This document shows, in pieces, positions 8,090 through 16,460 of a stretch of 18,944 nt of DNA. Numbering within the stretch: the stretch's first letter is position 1; the number at the start of each line of letters is the position of its first letter. This stretch comes from Methanothrix sp. Lineage in GTDB: Archaea > Halobacteriota > Methanosarcinia > Methanotrichales > Methanotrichaceae. The stretch covers positions 1 to 18,944 of the forward strand of contig JBAXWY010000051.1 of assembly GCA_037128175.1 (NCBI GenBank), given 5' to 3'. The notes under the pieces were generated by a model, which worked only from the letters and a program-made list of their open reading frames with translations, ran no database searches and had not been told where the DNA came from. The translations under genes were made by a program, and so were the position numbers.

Positions 8090-8713
8090 TTGGATAATTT
8101 TTCGCTCTACATAGCTCTTTATCTTGTCGGCTTTGCAGCCTTGCACAGCCTTCTGGTCAGCCTGCCGGCAAAGAAGATGGCAAGAAGGCACTTCGGCCCC
8201 AAGGTGGACCCCTGGTACCCTGTGCTCTTCAGCACGATTGCAGTTATTACTATAATTCCTCTTGTGATTATGCTAATACAGTCTCCCGGCCCGGTGCTTT
8301 ATGCGGTCCCCCATCCATGGATTTGGCTTTTCTTTCTGGCCCAGTTCCTCATGGGAATTGCCACCCTGAGGGCTTTCCTGGACGCACCTCACCGATTCCT
8401 GATTCGTGCCCAGCTTGCCAAACCTCAGAGTCCGGACGCATTGGCTATGGGGATAAAAGGGATCTATTGCTGGGTTCGTGATCCTTTCCTGCTGTCCGGC
8501 CTTATCCTCATCTGGTTCACACCCTTTATGACCGAGAACTTATTGTTAGTTTACTTTATCGCCTCAGTCTATCTATTCCTGGGATCGCTTCATTGGGAGA
8601 GCAGGCTTCTCTTTCAGTTCGGCGAGGATTACATCGCTTACCAGAATGAAGTTCCTCGCATGATCCCCCACAGGAACAAAAAGTGGCACGGGTGTAGCAG
8701 TACCAAAAAATAG
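8090..8713 (+). CDS. Integral membrane protein, NnrU/nurim/isoprenylcysteine carboxyl methyltransferase-like
   Basis: FAALHSLL, several TM helices, GIYCWVRDP (family motif GxYxxVRHP) and ESRLLFQFGEDYIAYQNEVPRMIP. AGGAGG precedes the TTG start. Confidence 0.82.
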   Translation: MDNFSLYIALYLVGFAALHSLLVSLPAKKMARRHFGPKVDPWYPVLFSTIAVITIIPLVIMLIQSPGPVLYAVPHPWIWLFFLAQFLMGIATLRAFLDAPHRFLIRAQLAKPQSPDALAMGIKGIYCWVRDPFLLSGLILIWFTPFMTENLLLVYFIASVYLFLGSLHWESRLLFQFGEDYIAYQNEVPRMIPHRNKKWHGCSSTKK

Positions 8714-8784
8714 CACCAGTATAAACAGATACATTAACTTTAAATCGTTTAAGCTCGTAATTATATGATAGGTAGGTGGAAAAA

Positions 8785-9066
8785 ATGGCGAGTACAATAG
8801 ATGAATATAAAAGGCTCTTTCGAGAGGCTCACGTCTCAGACCAGATGAAACTGTTCCAGCTTCACATAGCAATCTATCTGGTAGTGAACATTATTTGGCT
8901 GGCCCTTAACATGATGGGCACAATAAAGATTGAGCCATCCTGGGCAATGTACTACTCCCCAGTTGGATGGGGTCTGCTGGTAATTGTACACTACTGGTTC
9001 TATGTACGCGGCGCAGAGAACCTGTGCAAACTCAGGGAAGAGATGGTGGAGGCAAAGATCAGATAG
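8785..9066 (+). CDS. 2TM domain-containing small membrane protein
   Basis: FQLHIAIYLVVNIIWLALN...W...GWGLLVIVH fits the 2TM pattern (FxxHxxxYxxVN...WGxxLxxH). SD AGGTGG precedes ATG 8785. Confidence 0.8.
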   Translation: MASTIDEYKRLFREAHVSDQMKLFQLHIAIYLVVNIIWLALNMMGTIKIEPSWAMYYSPVGWGLLVIVHYWFYVRGAENLCKLREEMVEAKIR

Positions 9067-9144
9067 ATCTGAAAATTGACTCTACCAATTATTATATTTT
9101 TCAGCGTGTTTGACGGCATTACAGGGCCACTAAACCAGAAGCAA

Positions 9145-9399
9145 TCACACTACCCCTAAGGCATAGGGCAATATATCCAGCGAAGTTAAGGCGATTATGG
9201 CTGCCATCCAGTAAAGAGGCCTGTTGAAATACCATGTTCTACTTCCGCGAGCATAAATGTAGACAATATAGGGGAGAAGCGGTACAAAGGATATCAAAGG
9301 ATGGGGCTCAACCTTCAAGATGAAAGAGAAGATATAACCCTGGCAAAGGAGACAGACAACAGTTACCAGCCCAACTTTGGCTTGGTTGTTAATTCTCAT
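9145..9399 (-). CDS. Small hypothetical membrane protein (~3 TM)
   Basis: Hydrophobic ORF filling the gap downstream of polX. Start is uncertain (9438, 9423 or 9399). Confidence 0.65.
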   Translation of the reverse strand: MRINNQAKVGLVTVVCLLCQGYIFSFILKVEPHPLISFVPLLPYIVYIYARGSRTWYFNRPLYWMAAIIALTSLDILPYALGVV

Positions 9400-9448
9400 A
9401 ACGCCTAGCTTCCCTTTCCCCATTAATAAGCCTTTCATGACTCTTCCT

Positions 9449-11170
9449 TTAGTGCTTCAGCTCAGATAATAGCTCCTTTAGGGACAGGGCATTGAGCACA
9501 TCCTTCTTTTCCAGCCAGGCCCGCCTGGCTACATTCACGCCGTACTTCATAGTCAAGAGCTGCTCTGCATCATGAGCATCGGAGTTGATGCTTATTTTTA
9601 CACCCATCTCCCGGGCGGCTTTGGCATTGATATCGTTCAGGTCCAGGCGGCTGGGATGTGAATTTATTTCCAGGGCCGTATTCGTCCTGGCTGCCGTCTC
9701 CAGGATTGCCTGCATATCCACTTCATAGGGCTCGCGCTGATCGATGATCCTTCCTGTGGGGTGGCCGATGATATCCACATTCTCGTTTTCAATGGCCGTG
9801 ATTAGTCTTCCTGTTATGGCCCGCTCCGTTTGCTGCTGGCTCATGTGCACGGATGCCACCACCACGTCGCATCTGGCCAGGAGATCATCGGCATAGTCCA
9901 GTCTGCCGTCCGCCTTGATGTCCACCTCCGTTCCTGCCAGAACGGTGATGCCCATGCCCTCCAGCTCCTCATTGACAGCAGCTATGGCCTCGATCTTCTG
10001 CACCAGCCTCTCAGGCGTCAGGCCCCCGGCTATGCCAATCGATGGGGAATGGTCGCATAGAGCGATGTACTCGTAGCCCAGAGCCAGAGCGGCATGAGCC
10101 ATCTCCCGGATGGAAGCCCTTCCGTCCGACCAGTCGCTGTGAACATGCAGATCGCCACGCACATCTTTCTGCTCCACCAGTCTGGGCAGATTGCCCTGCA
10201 AGGCCGCCTCGATCTCGCCGCGGTCCTCTCTCATCTCGGGAGGGATGTAGGGCAGCCCCAAAGCGGCGTAGACCTCTTCCTCTCGATCGAAGAACAGGTC
10301 CCGGCTGTCTGCCAGGCGGGTGAGAGAGTACTCACTCAGAGAGTAGCCGCGACCCAGAGCCAACTGGCGCAGCCGGACGTTATGCTCCTTGGAGCCGGTA
10401 AAATACTGCAGCACGGTGCCGAAAGATTGGTGCTCTACGATTCTCAGATCCACCTGAATTGTCTCTTTCACTATGACGCTGGCCTTGGTGGGTCCAAGGG
10501 CCAGCACCTCCTCCACCAGGGGCATGCGTACGAAGGCGGCAACGATCTCCTCCGGCCTGCCGGCGGTAGCCAGAATATCGATGTCGCCTACGGTTTCCCG
10601 CGCCCGGCGAAAGCTGCCCGCCGCGGTGATGTGCTCCAGGCCTTCCATGCCTCGCAGATAGGCCAGAATATCGTTTACAATGGGCTCGGCTGTGCTGAAG
10701 AGAATGCGAGTGCTGCGCTTTTTGTACCTTTCAATGGATTTTAAAATATTGGTCTCGCGCGTCGGCCCCATTCTGGGAAGCCTTCTGATGCGATGTTCTT
10801 TGGCCGCATTCTCCAGCTCCTCCAGGTTGGTTATGTTCAGCTTTTCGTGCAGCATAAAAACGGTCTTGGGACCCAGCCCCGATATCTGAAGAAGCTTTAC
10901 CAGGCCGGGAGGTGTTTTTGCCAAAAGCTCCTCATGGGCCAGAATCTGTCCGGTTCTAAGGTATTCTTCCACCTTCTGGGCGATGGCTTTTCCCACCCCG
11001 GGAATGGACTGCAGTCTCTTCTCCCGGCAGACTTTTGAGATGTCTTCCGGCAGAGATTCAATGGCCCGGGCGGCTTTGCTGAAGGCTATGATCTTGAAGC
11101 GGTTCTCGGCATGCAGCTCCAATAGCTCTGCCATCTCGTAAAGAAGGCCGGCAACCTCGCGGTTTTTCAC
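9449..11170 (-). CDS. polX: DNA polymerase X with C-terminal PHP (3'-5' exonuclease) domain
   Basis: HhH motifs (IPGVGKAIA, ISGLGPKT), AGSFRR..ETVGDIDIL, VDLR, YFTGSKEHN, and PHP motifs DLHVHSDWSDG, CDHS, GHPTGR and NSDAH. Confidence 0.97.
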   Translation of the reverse strand: MKNREVAGLLYEMAELLELHAENRFKIIAFSKAARAIESLPEDISKVCREKRLQSIPGVGKAIAQKVEEYLRTGQILAHEELLAKTPPGLVKLLQISGLGPKTVFMLHEKLNITNLEELENAAKEHRIRRLPRMGPTRETNILKSIERYKKRSTRILFSTAEPIVNDILAYLRGMEGLEHITAAGSFRRARETVGDIDILATAGRPEEIVAAFVRMPLVEEVLALGPTKASVIVKETIQVDLRIVEHQSFGTVLQYFTGSKEHNVRLRQLALGRGYSLSEYSLTRLADSRDLFFDREEEVYAALGLPYIPPEMREDRGEIEAALQGNLPRLVEQKDVRGDLHVHSDWSDGRASIREMAHAALALGYEYIALCDHSPSIGIAGGLTPERLVQKIEAIAAVNEELEGMGITVLAGTEVDIKADGRLDYADDLLARCDVVVASVHMSQQQTERAITGRLITAIENENVDIIGHPTGRIIDQREPYEVDMQAILETAARTNTALEINSHPSRLDLNDINAKAAREMGVKISINSDAHDAEQLLTMKYGVNVARRAWLEKKDVLNALSLKELLSELKH

Positions 11171-11209
11171 AGGGAAGAATAAGATCGTATAGGTAATAAT
11201 AATTTCTCG

Positions 11210-11887
11210 TCAACATCTCATGACATCTTGCGCGCTGCCGGTGAGCGTAATCTTCCCCTTCTCCAGAAGGGAGGCCCGATCTCCGATGCAGGCCACATCT
11301 CTCAGGTCATGGGTCACGATGATGCAGGGAACGCAGGCGGAATGAATCATCTCTCGCAGCTCTTTTCTCATGTGGGCTTGCCTATGAACATCCAGTGCAG
11401 ACAGCGGCTCGTCCAATAGCAGAAGCACCGGGTCGATGATGAGAGCTCGGGCCAGCGCTATCCGCTGCTTCTGGCCGCCTGAGACATCAACGGCTTTGGC
11501 TTTCCGAATCTCCCATAGGCCTGCGGCTTCTAGATGATCTTTCACCATGAGCAGGATGTCGCTCTCTGGGAGCCTTCGGGTGCATAGTCCAAAGGCCACA
11601 TTATCGTAGACGCTCATATGAGGAAAGAGGGCGTAGCTTTGAAAGACATATCCGATATTCCTTGTCTCGGGAGGGATGTTCACCTTCAAGGCTGAATCAT
11701 AGAGCACTCTGCCGTCCAGAGCGATCCTGCCGGCATCGGGATCTTGCAGACCGGCCACCAGATTAAGCAGTGTGGTCTTTCCGCAGCCGTTATCTCCCAC
11801 CAGCATGAGAATTTCACCCCTGGCCACATTCAGCTTCACCTCCAGGCTAAAGTCTCGCAGCCTCTTTCTGATATCAATTTCTAACAT
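11210..11887 (-). CDS. modC: Molybdate/tungstate ABC transporter ATP-binding subunit
   Basis: Walker A GDNGCGKTT, signature VSGGQKQR, Walker B LLLDEP and VTHD. It lies in an operon with modAB and is short (225 aa, no TOBE domain). Confidence 0.92.
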   Translation of the reverse strand: MLEIDIRKRLRDFSLEVKLNVARGEILMLVGDNGCGKTTLLNLVAGLQDPDAGRIALDGRVLYDSALKVNIPPETRNIGYVFQSYALFPHMSVYDNVAFGLCTRRLPESDILLMVKDHLEAAGLWEIRKAKAVDVSGGQKQRIALARALIIDPVLLLLDEPLSALDVHRQAHMRKELREMIHSACVPCIIVTHDLRDVACIGDRASLLEKGKITLTGSAQDVMRC

Positions 11888-12767
11888 TTTTATACACCCG
11901 CCGGGTCAGGATCTTCACCAGGACTATGACCACAAAGGAGATGGCCACCAGAATTATGGCCAGGCATAGCGATACATCCAGATCTCCTTGCATAGCGGTA
12001 TAGATGGCCAGGGGCATGGTCTGGGTGCGGCCCTGGAAGTTTCCAGCAAACATGATGGTAGCTCCAAATTCTCCCAGCGAGCGGGCAAAGGCCATAATGG
12101 CACCGGAGATGAGGCCGTTCATGGCTATGGGCAGGATAACATGAAAGAAGGTGTAGACACGAGAGGCACCTAAAGTACGGGCAGCATTCTCATAGGCCAG
12201 ATCCACATCCTCAAAGCTCGTCCTGGCCTGGCGAATGTAAAATGGCGAGGAGACGAAGACCTGAGCGATGATAACCGCCAGAGTGGTAAATGCTATGCTT
12301 ATTCCCAGGGCGTTCAGGTGTTGTCCCACAATCCCCATCCTGCCGAAGGCCATGAGCAGGGCAATGCCGGCCACGGCAGGAGGCATGATCACCGGCAGAT
12401 CGATAAGAGAGTCGGCCAGCTCTTTTCCAAAAAAATTGAAGCGAGCGCTGACGTAGGCTATGGGTGTGCCCATGACTACGACTATGATGGTGGTTATGGT
12501 CGAGGTCGTCAGGCTGAGCCGGAGTGCATCCATCACCACGGGATCGTGCAGAGATCTGAGGATAGTTTCCGGGGGGCTCTTGAGGAAGAGCGCGACTACG
12601 GGCAATGCGATAAAGGTCATGGCCAGTGTCAGCAGAAGGGCCAGACCGGCTTTAAGAGCCACTTCTCGGGTCCGGGAGGAGAGGCCGATGGTTTCGTTCT
12701 CTTTATTCACCAGCTCAGCTATGCTTCTTTTACACAAACGGCCAGTATCAGCTTGATTGGATGCCAT
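11874..12767 (-). CDS. modB: Molybdate ABC transporter permease
   Basis: DLPVIMPPAVAGIALL, EAA loop ENAARTLGAS, and FARSLGEFGATIMFAGN...TQTMPLAIY. The true start may be downstream of 12767. Confidence 0.94.
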   Translation of the reverse strand: MASNQADTGRLCKRSIAELVNKENETIGLSSRTREVALKAGLALLLTLAMTFIALPVVALFLKSPPETILRSLHDPVVMDALRLSLTTSTITTIIVVVMGTPIAYVSARFNFFGKELADSLIDLPVIMPPAVAGIALLMAFGRMGIVGQHLNALGISIAFTTLAVIIAQVFVSSPFYIRQARTSFEDVDLAYENAARTLGASRVYTFFHVILPIAMNGLISGAIMAFARSLGEFGATIMFAGNFQGRTQTMPLAIYTAMQGDLDVSLCLAIILVAISFVVIVLVKILTRRVYKNVRN

Positions 12768-12861
12768 CGATCACTCTATTATCTGCAATTCTTCAGGCAA
12801 AAAGGTTTTGGAGCCAGGGCCTTTTTATTCCACCCCCCTGCCCAAAAGAAAGACCTTTCGG

Positions 12862-13710
12862 TTAAGCTGCAGCTTTTGCTGTTGGAGCGGTAGCAGTTCC
12901 TTCGGATTTGGCAGGCTCGCTCTCCACGGCAGCAAAGCCGTATTTTTCCAGAATGGCCTTACCCTCATCCGACAATACCAGATCCATGAACTCCCTACTC
13001 TCGGCCGGATACTTGGATTCCAGCAATATTCCCAGGGGGTACTCGGCGATGATATTGTATTCATCCGGGATGTTTATCCTATCCACTTTGCTTGCCAGAT
13101 TCTCGGTGATATCGGAGACATAGGCAAATCCGACATCCGCCTCTCCCAGAGCCACCTTGGTCACAACGTAATTGACATTTGTCTCTTGAGAGATGACATT
13201 GGCCAGCACCTTTGTCTTATATTCCGGACCGTATGAGGAATTGTTGCAAAGATTGCTTATGATCTGCAGGGCATAGTCTCCCACCGGCACATCCTTCGTT
13301 CCCATGACGATTTTGAGGCCAGGCTTGGCTAGGTCTGAAAGGCTGCTGATATTGGCGGGGTTATCCTTGGGAACGATGAGCGAGAGCTTGTTTTTTGTGA
13401 AGATGACGACGCTGCTGTTGTTCATCAGCCCGTCATTCTTTAAGGCATTCATCTGCTTCTTGTTGGCAGAGGCGAAGAGATCAGCGTAAGCTCCGTTCTC
13501 GATCTGGGTGCGAAGCGCCTGCGAGCCGTCGAAGTTTATGACTACATCAATGCCGGTTTCATTCTCATACATCTGTCCTATCTCGCCAAAAGCGCCTGTT
13601 AGCGAAGCTGCTGCAAAGACGGTGATCTCTTTTTGCTCTTTCGCCAATCCTGCAGACGAGGCCAAAACCAGGACTGCAATCAAGGCTAACAATACATGTT
13701 TATCGATCAT
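12862..13710 (-). CDS. modA: Molybdate ABC transporter substrate-binding protein
   Basis: Signal peptide, then VFAAASLT, FDGSQAL..QIENGA.ADLFASAN, VPVGDYA and GEADVGFAYVSD. Confidence 0.95.
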   Translation of the reverse strand: MIDKHVLLALIAVLVLASSAGLAKEQKEITVFAAASLTGAFGEIGQMYENETGIDVVINFDGSQALRTQIENGAYADLFASANKKQMNALKNDGLMNNSSVVIFTKNKLSLIVPKDNPANISSLSDLAKPGLKIVMGTKDVPVGDYALQIISNLCNNSSYGPEYKTKVLANVISQETNVNYVVTKVALGEADVGFAYVSDITENLASKVDRINIPDEYNIIAEYPLGILLESKYPAESREFMDLVLSDEGKAILEKYGFAAVESEPAKSEGTATAPTAKAAA

Positions 13711-13811
13711 TGCTGTTTCTTCCCTCTGGATTATCGCTTATCATATTGTCGGTTATATTCGGGACTACGTAAGCACATGTGATTACTATTATCGAATATG
13801 TGAGCATTTAT

Positions 13812-13832
13812 GGAAAACTTATTAAACTTTGC
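13812..13832. promoter_or_regulatory. Putative BRE/TATA for modABC, possibly bidirectional
   Basis: Minus strand reads GCAAAG-TTTAATAA; plus strand reads GGAAAA-CTTATTAA. Confidence 0.45.
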
Positions 13833-14110
13833 GCTCTGCCAAATGGAAGGCCCATGTCCTCCTTTTAGACCCTTGGTCGCAAGCCCATACGGACACGCTC
13901 TTACGTGGCGAAGTTGCCGACAGCTCTTGCCCACGGGCACCGGACCTCCGAGCGCGAGCCCGAAGCGAGGATGCGGCACGGTCGATGGACTGCCGGGCAC
14001 GTCTAGCCCACCGCTCACAAAGATCGCAAAGCTGGAGACTACCTTGAAGTCTACCAAAACGTCTCTGTGCACTTCGCTCACCTCTGCGTTTTTCTTCTGA
14101 GCAATAGGCT

Positions 14111-14188
14111 TCTCCGTCCGTTCGTCCTCTGCGTGCTCTGCGCCTCTGGTGGTTATATTCGTAATTGTTCGGCTATAATTATCAGCTA
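14111..14188. repeat. Copy B of the ~75-bp dispersed element
   Basis: tctccgtccgttcgtcctctgcgtgctctgcgcctctggtggttatattcgtaattgttcggctataattatcagcta. A partial extra copy lies at 14061-14090. Confidence 0.85.
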
Positions 14189-14497
14189 ATAATATAGCAA
14201 GCTGCCATCGTCTCCAAAAATCCAATCCCAGGAAAAGCTTCCTTCGTTGAACTCCATCCTCTCCTGGCCCTCAGGCCCGACCGGCCCCCAGGCTTTATCC
14301 CCACGCGGGAACGCGCGCGCCCATGCGGGAGTCCGCCCGCACGAGCACTCGCCCGGAAGACGACGAAACTGCCCGAACGGCCCAGCCCACAGGCAGCACC
14401 CAAGGAGCCAGGGTAAGTATGCGGCACGGTCGATGGACTGCCGGGCGCGGCTGGGCCACAGCCCGCAAAAATCGCAACGTTGGAGGACCGCCACGAA

Positions 14498-14569
14498 TCT
14501 CTTTGTGCGTCCTTTGTGCCTTCGTGCCTTTGTGGTTGGCAGTAGCTGCTTGGTTATAATTATCTGCTA
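14498..14569. repeat. Copy C of the ~75-bp dispersed element
   Basis: ctttgtgcgt-c-ctttgtgc-cttcgtgc-ctttgtggtt...ttggttataattatctgcta shows the same layout with CTTTG in place of CTCTG. Confidence 0.8.
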
Positions 14570-14772
14570 ATAGTAAGAGAGAAATGACGCGGTTTCCAAA
14601 ATCTAGCGCCCGGAAAGCTACCTATCCCAAAGGCAAGCGCCCCCTGACCGCAGGCCAGACCGGCCCCGCAGGCAGCAGGCCCACATGCGGGCAAGCGCGC
14701 TCCCGCTTGGGTGCGAGGCATGCCACGTGCTGCCCGACGGGCCTGCTGCCAGCTCTTCAAACCCCTGGCAAT

Positions 14773-15156
14773 CTACTGGCCACCCAAACCTAGCGCCTTT
14801 ATAAACTGAGCAAATTCATCACGTCCAACGCCCATCCTCTGCAAGACAGAAAGCAGCTTTCCATCCTCGATCAAGCGCACTATCAGTCCTTCCATAGCCC
14901 GGTAGGCTCTGTCGTGATGGTCAATTTCTACAAAGATGACAAGGTCCTTGAAAATAATATACACCACAACAAAATGATCGGAGATATGCAAACTACGAAG
15001 ACCTTTTAATTTATGTGTTTTGGGCACGCCAATCTCCGGATTCAAAGCTATGCCTTTGATCTTTTTAGCGGCCTGAGCCTTAAAAACTGCATTTTTCCGG
15101 GTTAGTTTGGAGAATTGCTTATCGAAATGGTTGGAAGTAATCGGAAAAAATGCCAT
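14773..15156 (-). CDS. Type II toxin, RelE/ParE/YafQ superfamily, with a ~40-aa C-terminal extension
   Basis: FDKQFSKL...KKIKGIALNPEIG.PK..KLKGLRSLHISDHFVVVY....VIFVEIDHHDRAY is a typical archaeal RelE/YafQ-like pattern. It lies directly downstream of a small acidic ORF. Confidence 0.85.
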   Translation of the reverse strand: MAFFPITSNHFDKQFSKLTRKNAVFKAQAAKKIKGIALNPEIGVPKTHKLKGLRSLHISDHFVVVYIIFKDLVIFVEIDHHDRAYRAMEGLIVRLIEDGKLLSVLQRMGVGRDEFAQFIKALGLGGQ

Positions 15157-15178
15157 ACTGAATCAGAAAAATATGCAA

Positions 15179-15346
15179 CTACAGGCTTAGCAAATATTCT
15201 TCCAGCTCATCAGCATCCTTGAAGCACCTGCAACGTCCCTCAAGAAAGTCTTCTAGACCTTCAGTTATTCCGGAGATGAAATCCTTATCCTCCGGTGATT
15301 CCTTTGAAGGCATTACAGCCTTTAATTCACAGTCAGAACATGCCAT
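15179..15346 (-). CDS. Putative RelB-like acidic antitoxin
   Basis: FISGITEGLEDFLEGRCRCFKDADELEEYLLSL is an acidic tail typical of RelE-cognate antitoxins. ATG 15346 is preferred over 15385 because a TATA box lies only 3 nt upstream of the latter. Confidence 0.75.
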   Translation of the reverse strand: MACSDCELKAVMPSKESPEDKDFISGITEGLEDFLEGRCRCFKDADELEEYLLSL

Positions 15347-15388
15347 GCTAACGCCTTTCCGTTCTACATTTAACAGTGCACTCATAAT

Positions 15389-15406
15389 TATTTAAATCTT
15401 GCTTCT
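15389..15406 (-). promoter_or_regulatory. BRE/TATA promoter of the antitoxin-relE pair
   Basis: Minus strand reads AGAAGCAAGA-TTTAAATA. Confidence 0.6.
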
Positions 15407-15559
15407 CCGCACCCATCAACTCCATCCCCCATCACCTTCAATCGGCCCTCGGGCAACAACTCCAGGAACGAAAGCTGTGGACACGAGGACGAGGAAGACG
15501 CAAGAAAACGACTGCCTGAGACAGGCTGACCTACCGCCCGCAAATCCACTTATTCCGGC

Positions 15560-15778
15560 CTGGCTCTTCCTGGCCACAGGCCCGACCGGCCTCCTGCACA
15601 CGAATACGATCGCTTGTCCGGCAAGCCAGCCCGCCCTGATGACATCGCAGCAAGCCCGGACGGCCCGGCCCACAGGCTACAGGCACAAACACAGCCGAGA
15701 GCCGGGCAAGGCAGCCACAGTCGAGGGGCTGCCGGGCGCTGCTGCCGTAAGTCGTCGGATCGCAAAGATGGAGACTGC
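15560..15778. repeat. Unit 4 of the GC-rich repeat family (between the two TA pairs)
   Basis: Shared blocks in the same order as unit 2: CCTGGCC.CAGGCCCGACCGGCC (15577), GCCCGGACGGCCCGGCCCACAGGC (~15654; compare 14371), hairpin variant GGCAGCCACAGTCGAGGGGCTGCCGGGCGC (15710) and GATCGCAAAGATGGAGACT (~15758; compare 14022). Confidence 0.85.
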
Positions 15779-15815
15779 AATGAGTGTTCTTTTTTGGTCG
15801 TTTGGTTTATGATTG

Positions 15816-16055
15816 CTAAATCATTTCTATCAAGGTATCCTCTGAAATCCCATTCCAGATGGATACCTGAGACAAAATGTCGTTTAATGTACCCTTCGCC
15901 AGCTCGTCATGCAATGGAACAGTGATATTATGATCTCCTGCGGCAGTTAGCTTTCTCAGCCTAACGTGACTTCCTCTCTGGCGAATGATTTCATAGCCCA
16001 GTCGAACGAGCACTTTGAGAAGCTTCTCGCCGCTAACAACCGGACGCTTTCGCAA
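15816..16055 (-). CDS. hicA: HicA family mRNA interferase toxin
   Basis: PVVSGEKLLKVLVRLGYEIIRQRGSHVRL...ITVPLHDELAKGTLNDIL contains the catalytic GSH. TTG 16055 is preceded by GAGGTG. Confidence 0.92.
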   Translation of the reverse strand: MRKRPVVSGEKLLKVLVRLGYEIIRQRGSHVRLRKLTAAGDHNITVPLHDELAKGTLNDILSQVSIWNGISEDTLIEMI

Positions 16056-16266
16056 GAGGCTGCACCTCAAATTCAGAAATCGATAAGATCTTCAGCTCTT
16101 CACCAGATTCAAGAATATCTTCAAAATGCAGACTAGTAGCCTCTTTTATATTTTCAGTTAGCTCATCAAGGGTTTTTCCTTGTGTGAATATACCGACACT
16201 TATTCCACGAGCGCACCAGTTCTCTCCATCAAAGTAAACCTCAAACTTCACAAGCAACCAAACCAC
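16033..16266 (-). CDS. hicB: HicB family antitoxin (short; no DNA-binding domain)
   Basis: WCARG...IFTQGKTLDELTENIKEATSLHFE is the HicB partial RNase H fold motif (TQGxTxxExxxNxxEA). It overlaps the hicA start; its own start may be 16257. Confidence 0.9.
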   Translation of the reverse strand: MVWLLVKFEVYFDGENWCARGISVGIFTQGKTLDELTENIKEATSLHFEDILESGEELKILSISEFEVQPLAKASGC

Positions 16267-16360
16267 CGCTTCCTTCTGCTAAGATTATTGCTACTGCTTA
16301 ATATTTGTATGGTCCGGGGACCGGATTTGATGGACCGTAGAATTCCGGTAAGCTCGACTC

Positions 16361-16460
16361 CAACTCATCCTGACATCAGGCCCAACCGGCCTCCCGGACC
16401 CCAGGCCTCAACCCCACGCATGCCCGCGCGCCCATGCGAGAGCTCGCACGCGCCCCGCGT
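16361..16460. repeat. Partial unit 5 of the GC-rich repeat family
   Basis: aactcatcc...tcaggcccaaccggcc...cccaggc...ccccacgc...cgcgcgcccatgcgagag aligns with 14250-14345. Confidence 0.8.

Larger units (their letters stand above)
13920..14771. repeat. Degenerate tandem non-coding repeat: partial unit 1, complete unit 2, partial unit 3 (period ~380-450 bp)
   Basis: The 28-mer ATGCGGCACGGTCGATGGACTGCCGGGC is identical at 13971 and 14419. GGYTATAATTATCWGCTAAT occurs at 14171 and 14552, CAGGCCMGACCGGCC at 14272 and 14651, and TCCAAAA..C...GGAAA(A)GCT near 14213 and 14596. Confidence 0.9.

Noticed and set aside
13730-13812. ModE-type operator upstream of modA
   Set aside because: ATCG/TATAT half-site fragments exist, but spacing and symmetry do not fit ATCGNTATATA-N6-TATATANCGAT.
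9830-13825. Plus-strand ORFs opposite polX and modABC (also minus-strand ORFs opposite fdhA)
   Set aside because: These are antisense shadows expected from GC-rich codon usage.
13971-14446. Identical 28-bp repeats as a CRISPR array
   Set aside because: There are only two exact copies, 448 bp apart (spacers would be ~30-45 bp), and no cas genes.
13731-14793. Many overlapping 60-164 aa ORFs in the repeat island
   Set aside because: They are Arg/Pro/Gly/Ala-rich translations of GC-rich repeats with no motifs or SD, and frames are not preserved between repeat copies.
15399-15925. ORFs 15399..15812, 15416..15673, 15550..15780 and 15614..15925
   Set aside because: They overlap repeat unit 4, have low-complexity composition and show no recognisable domain.
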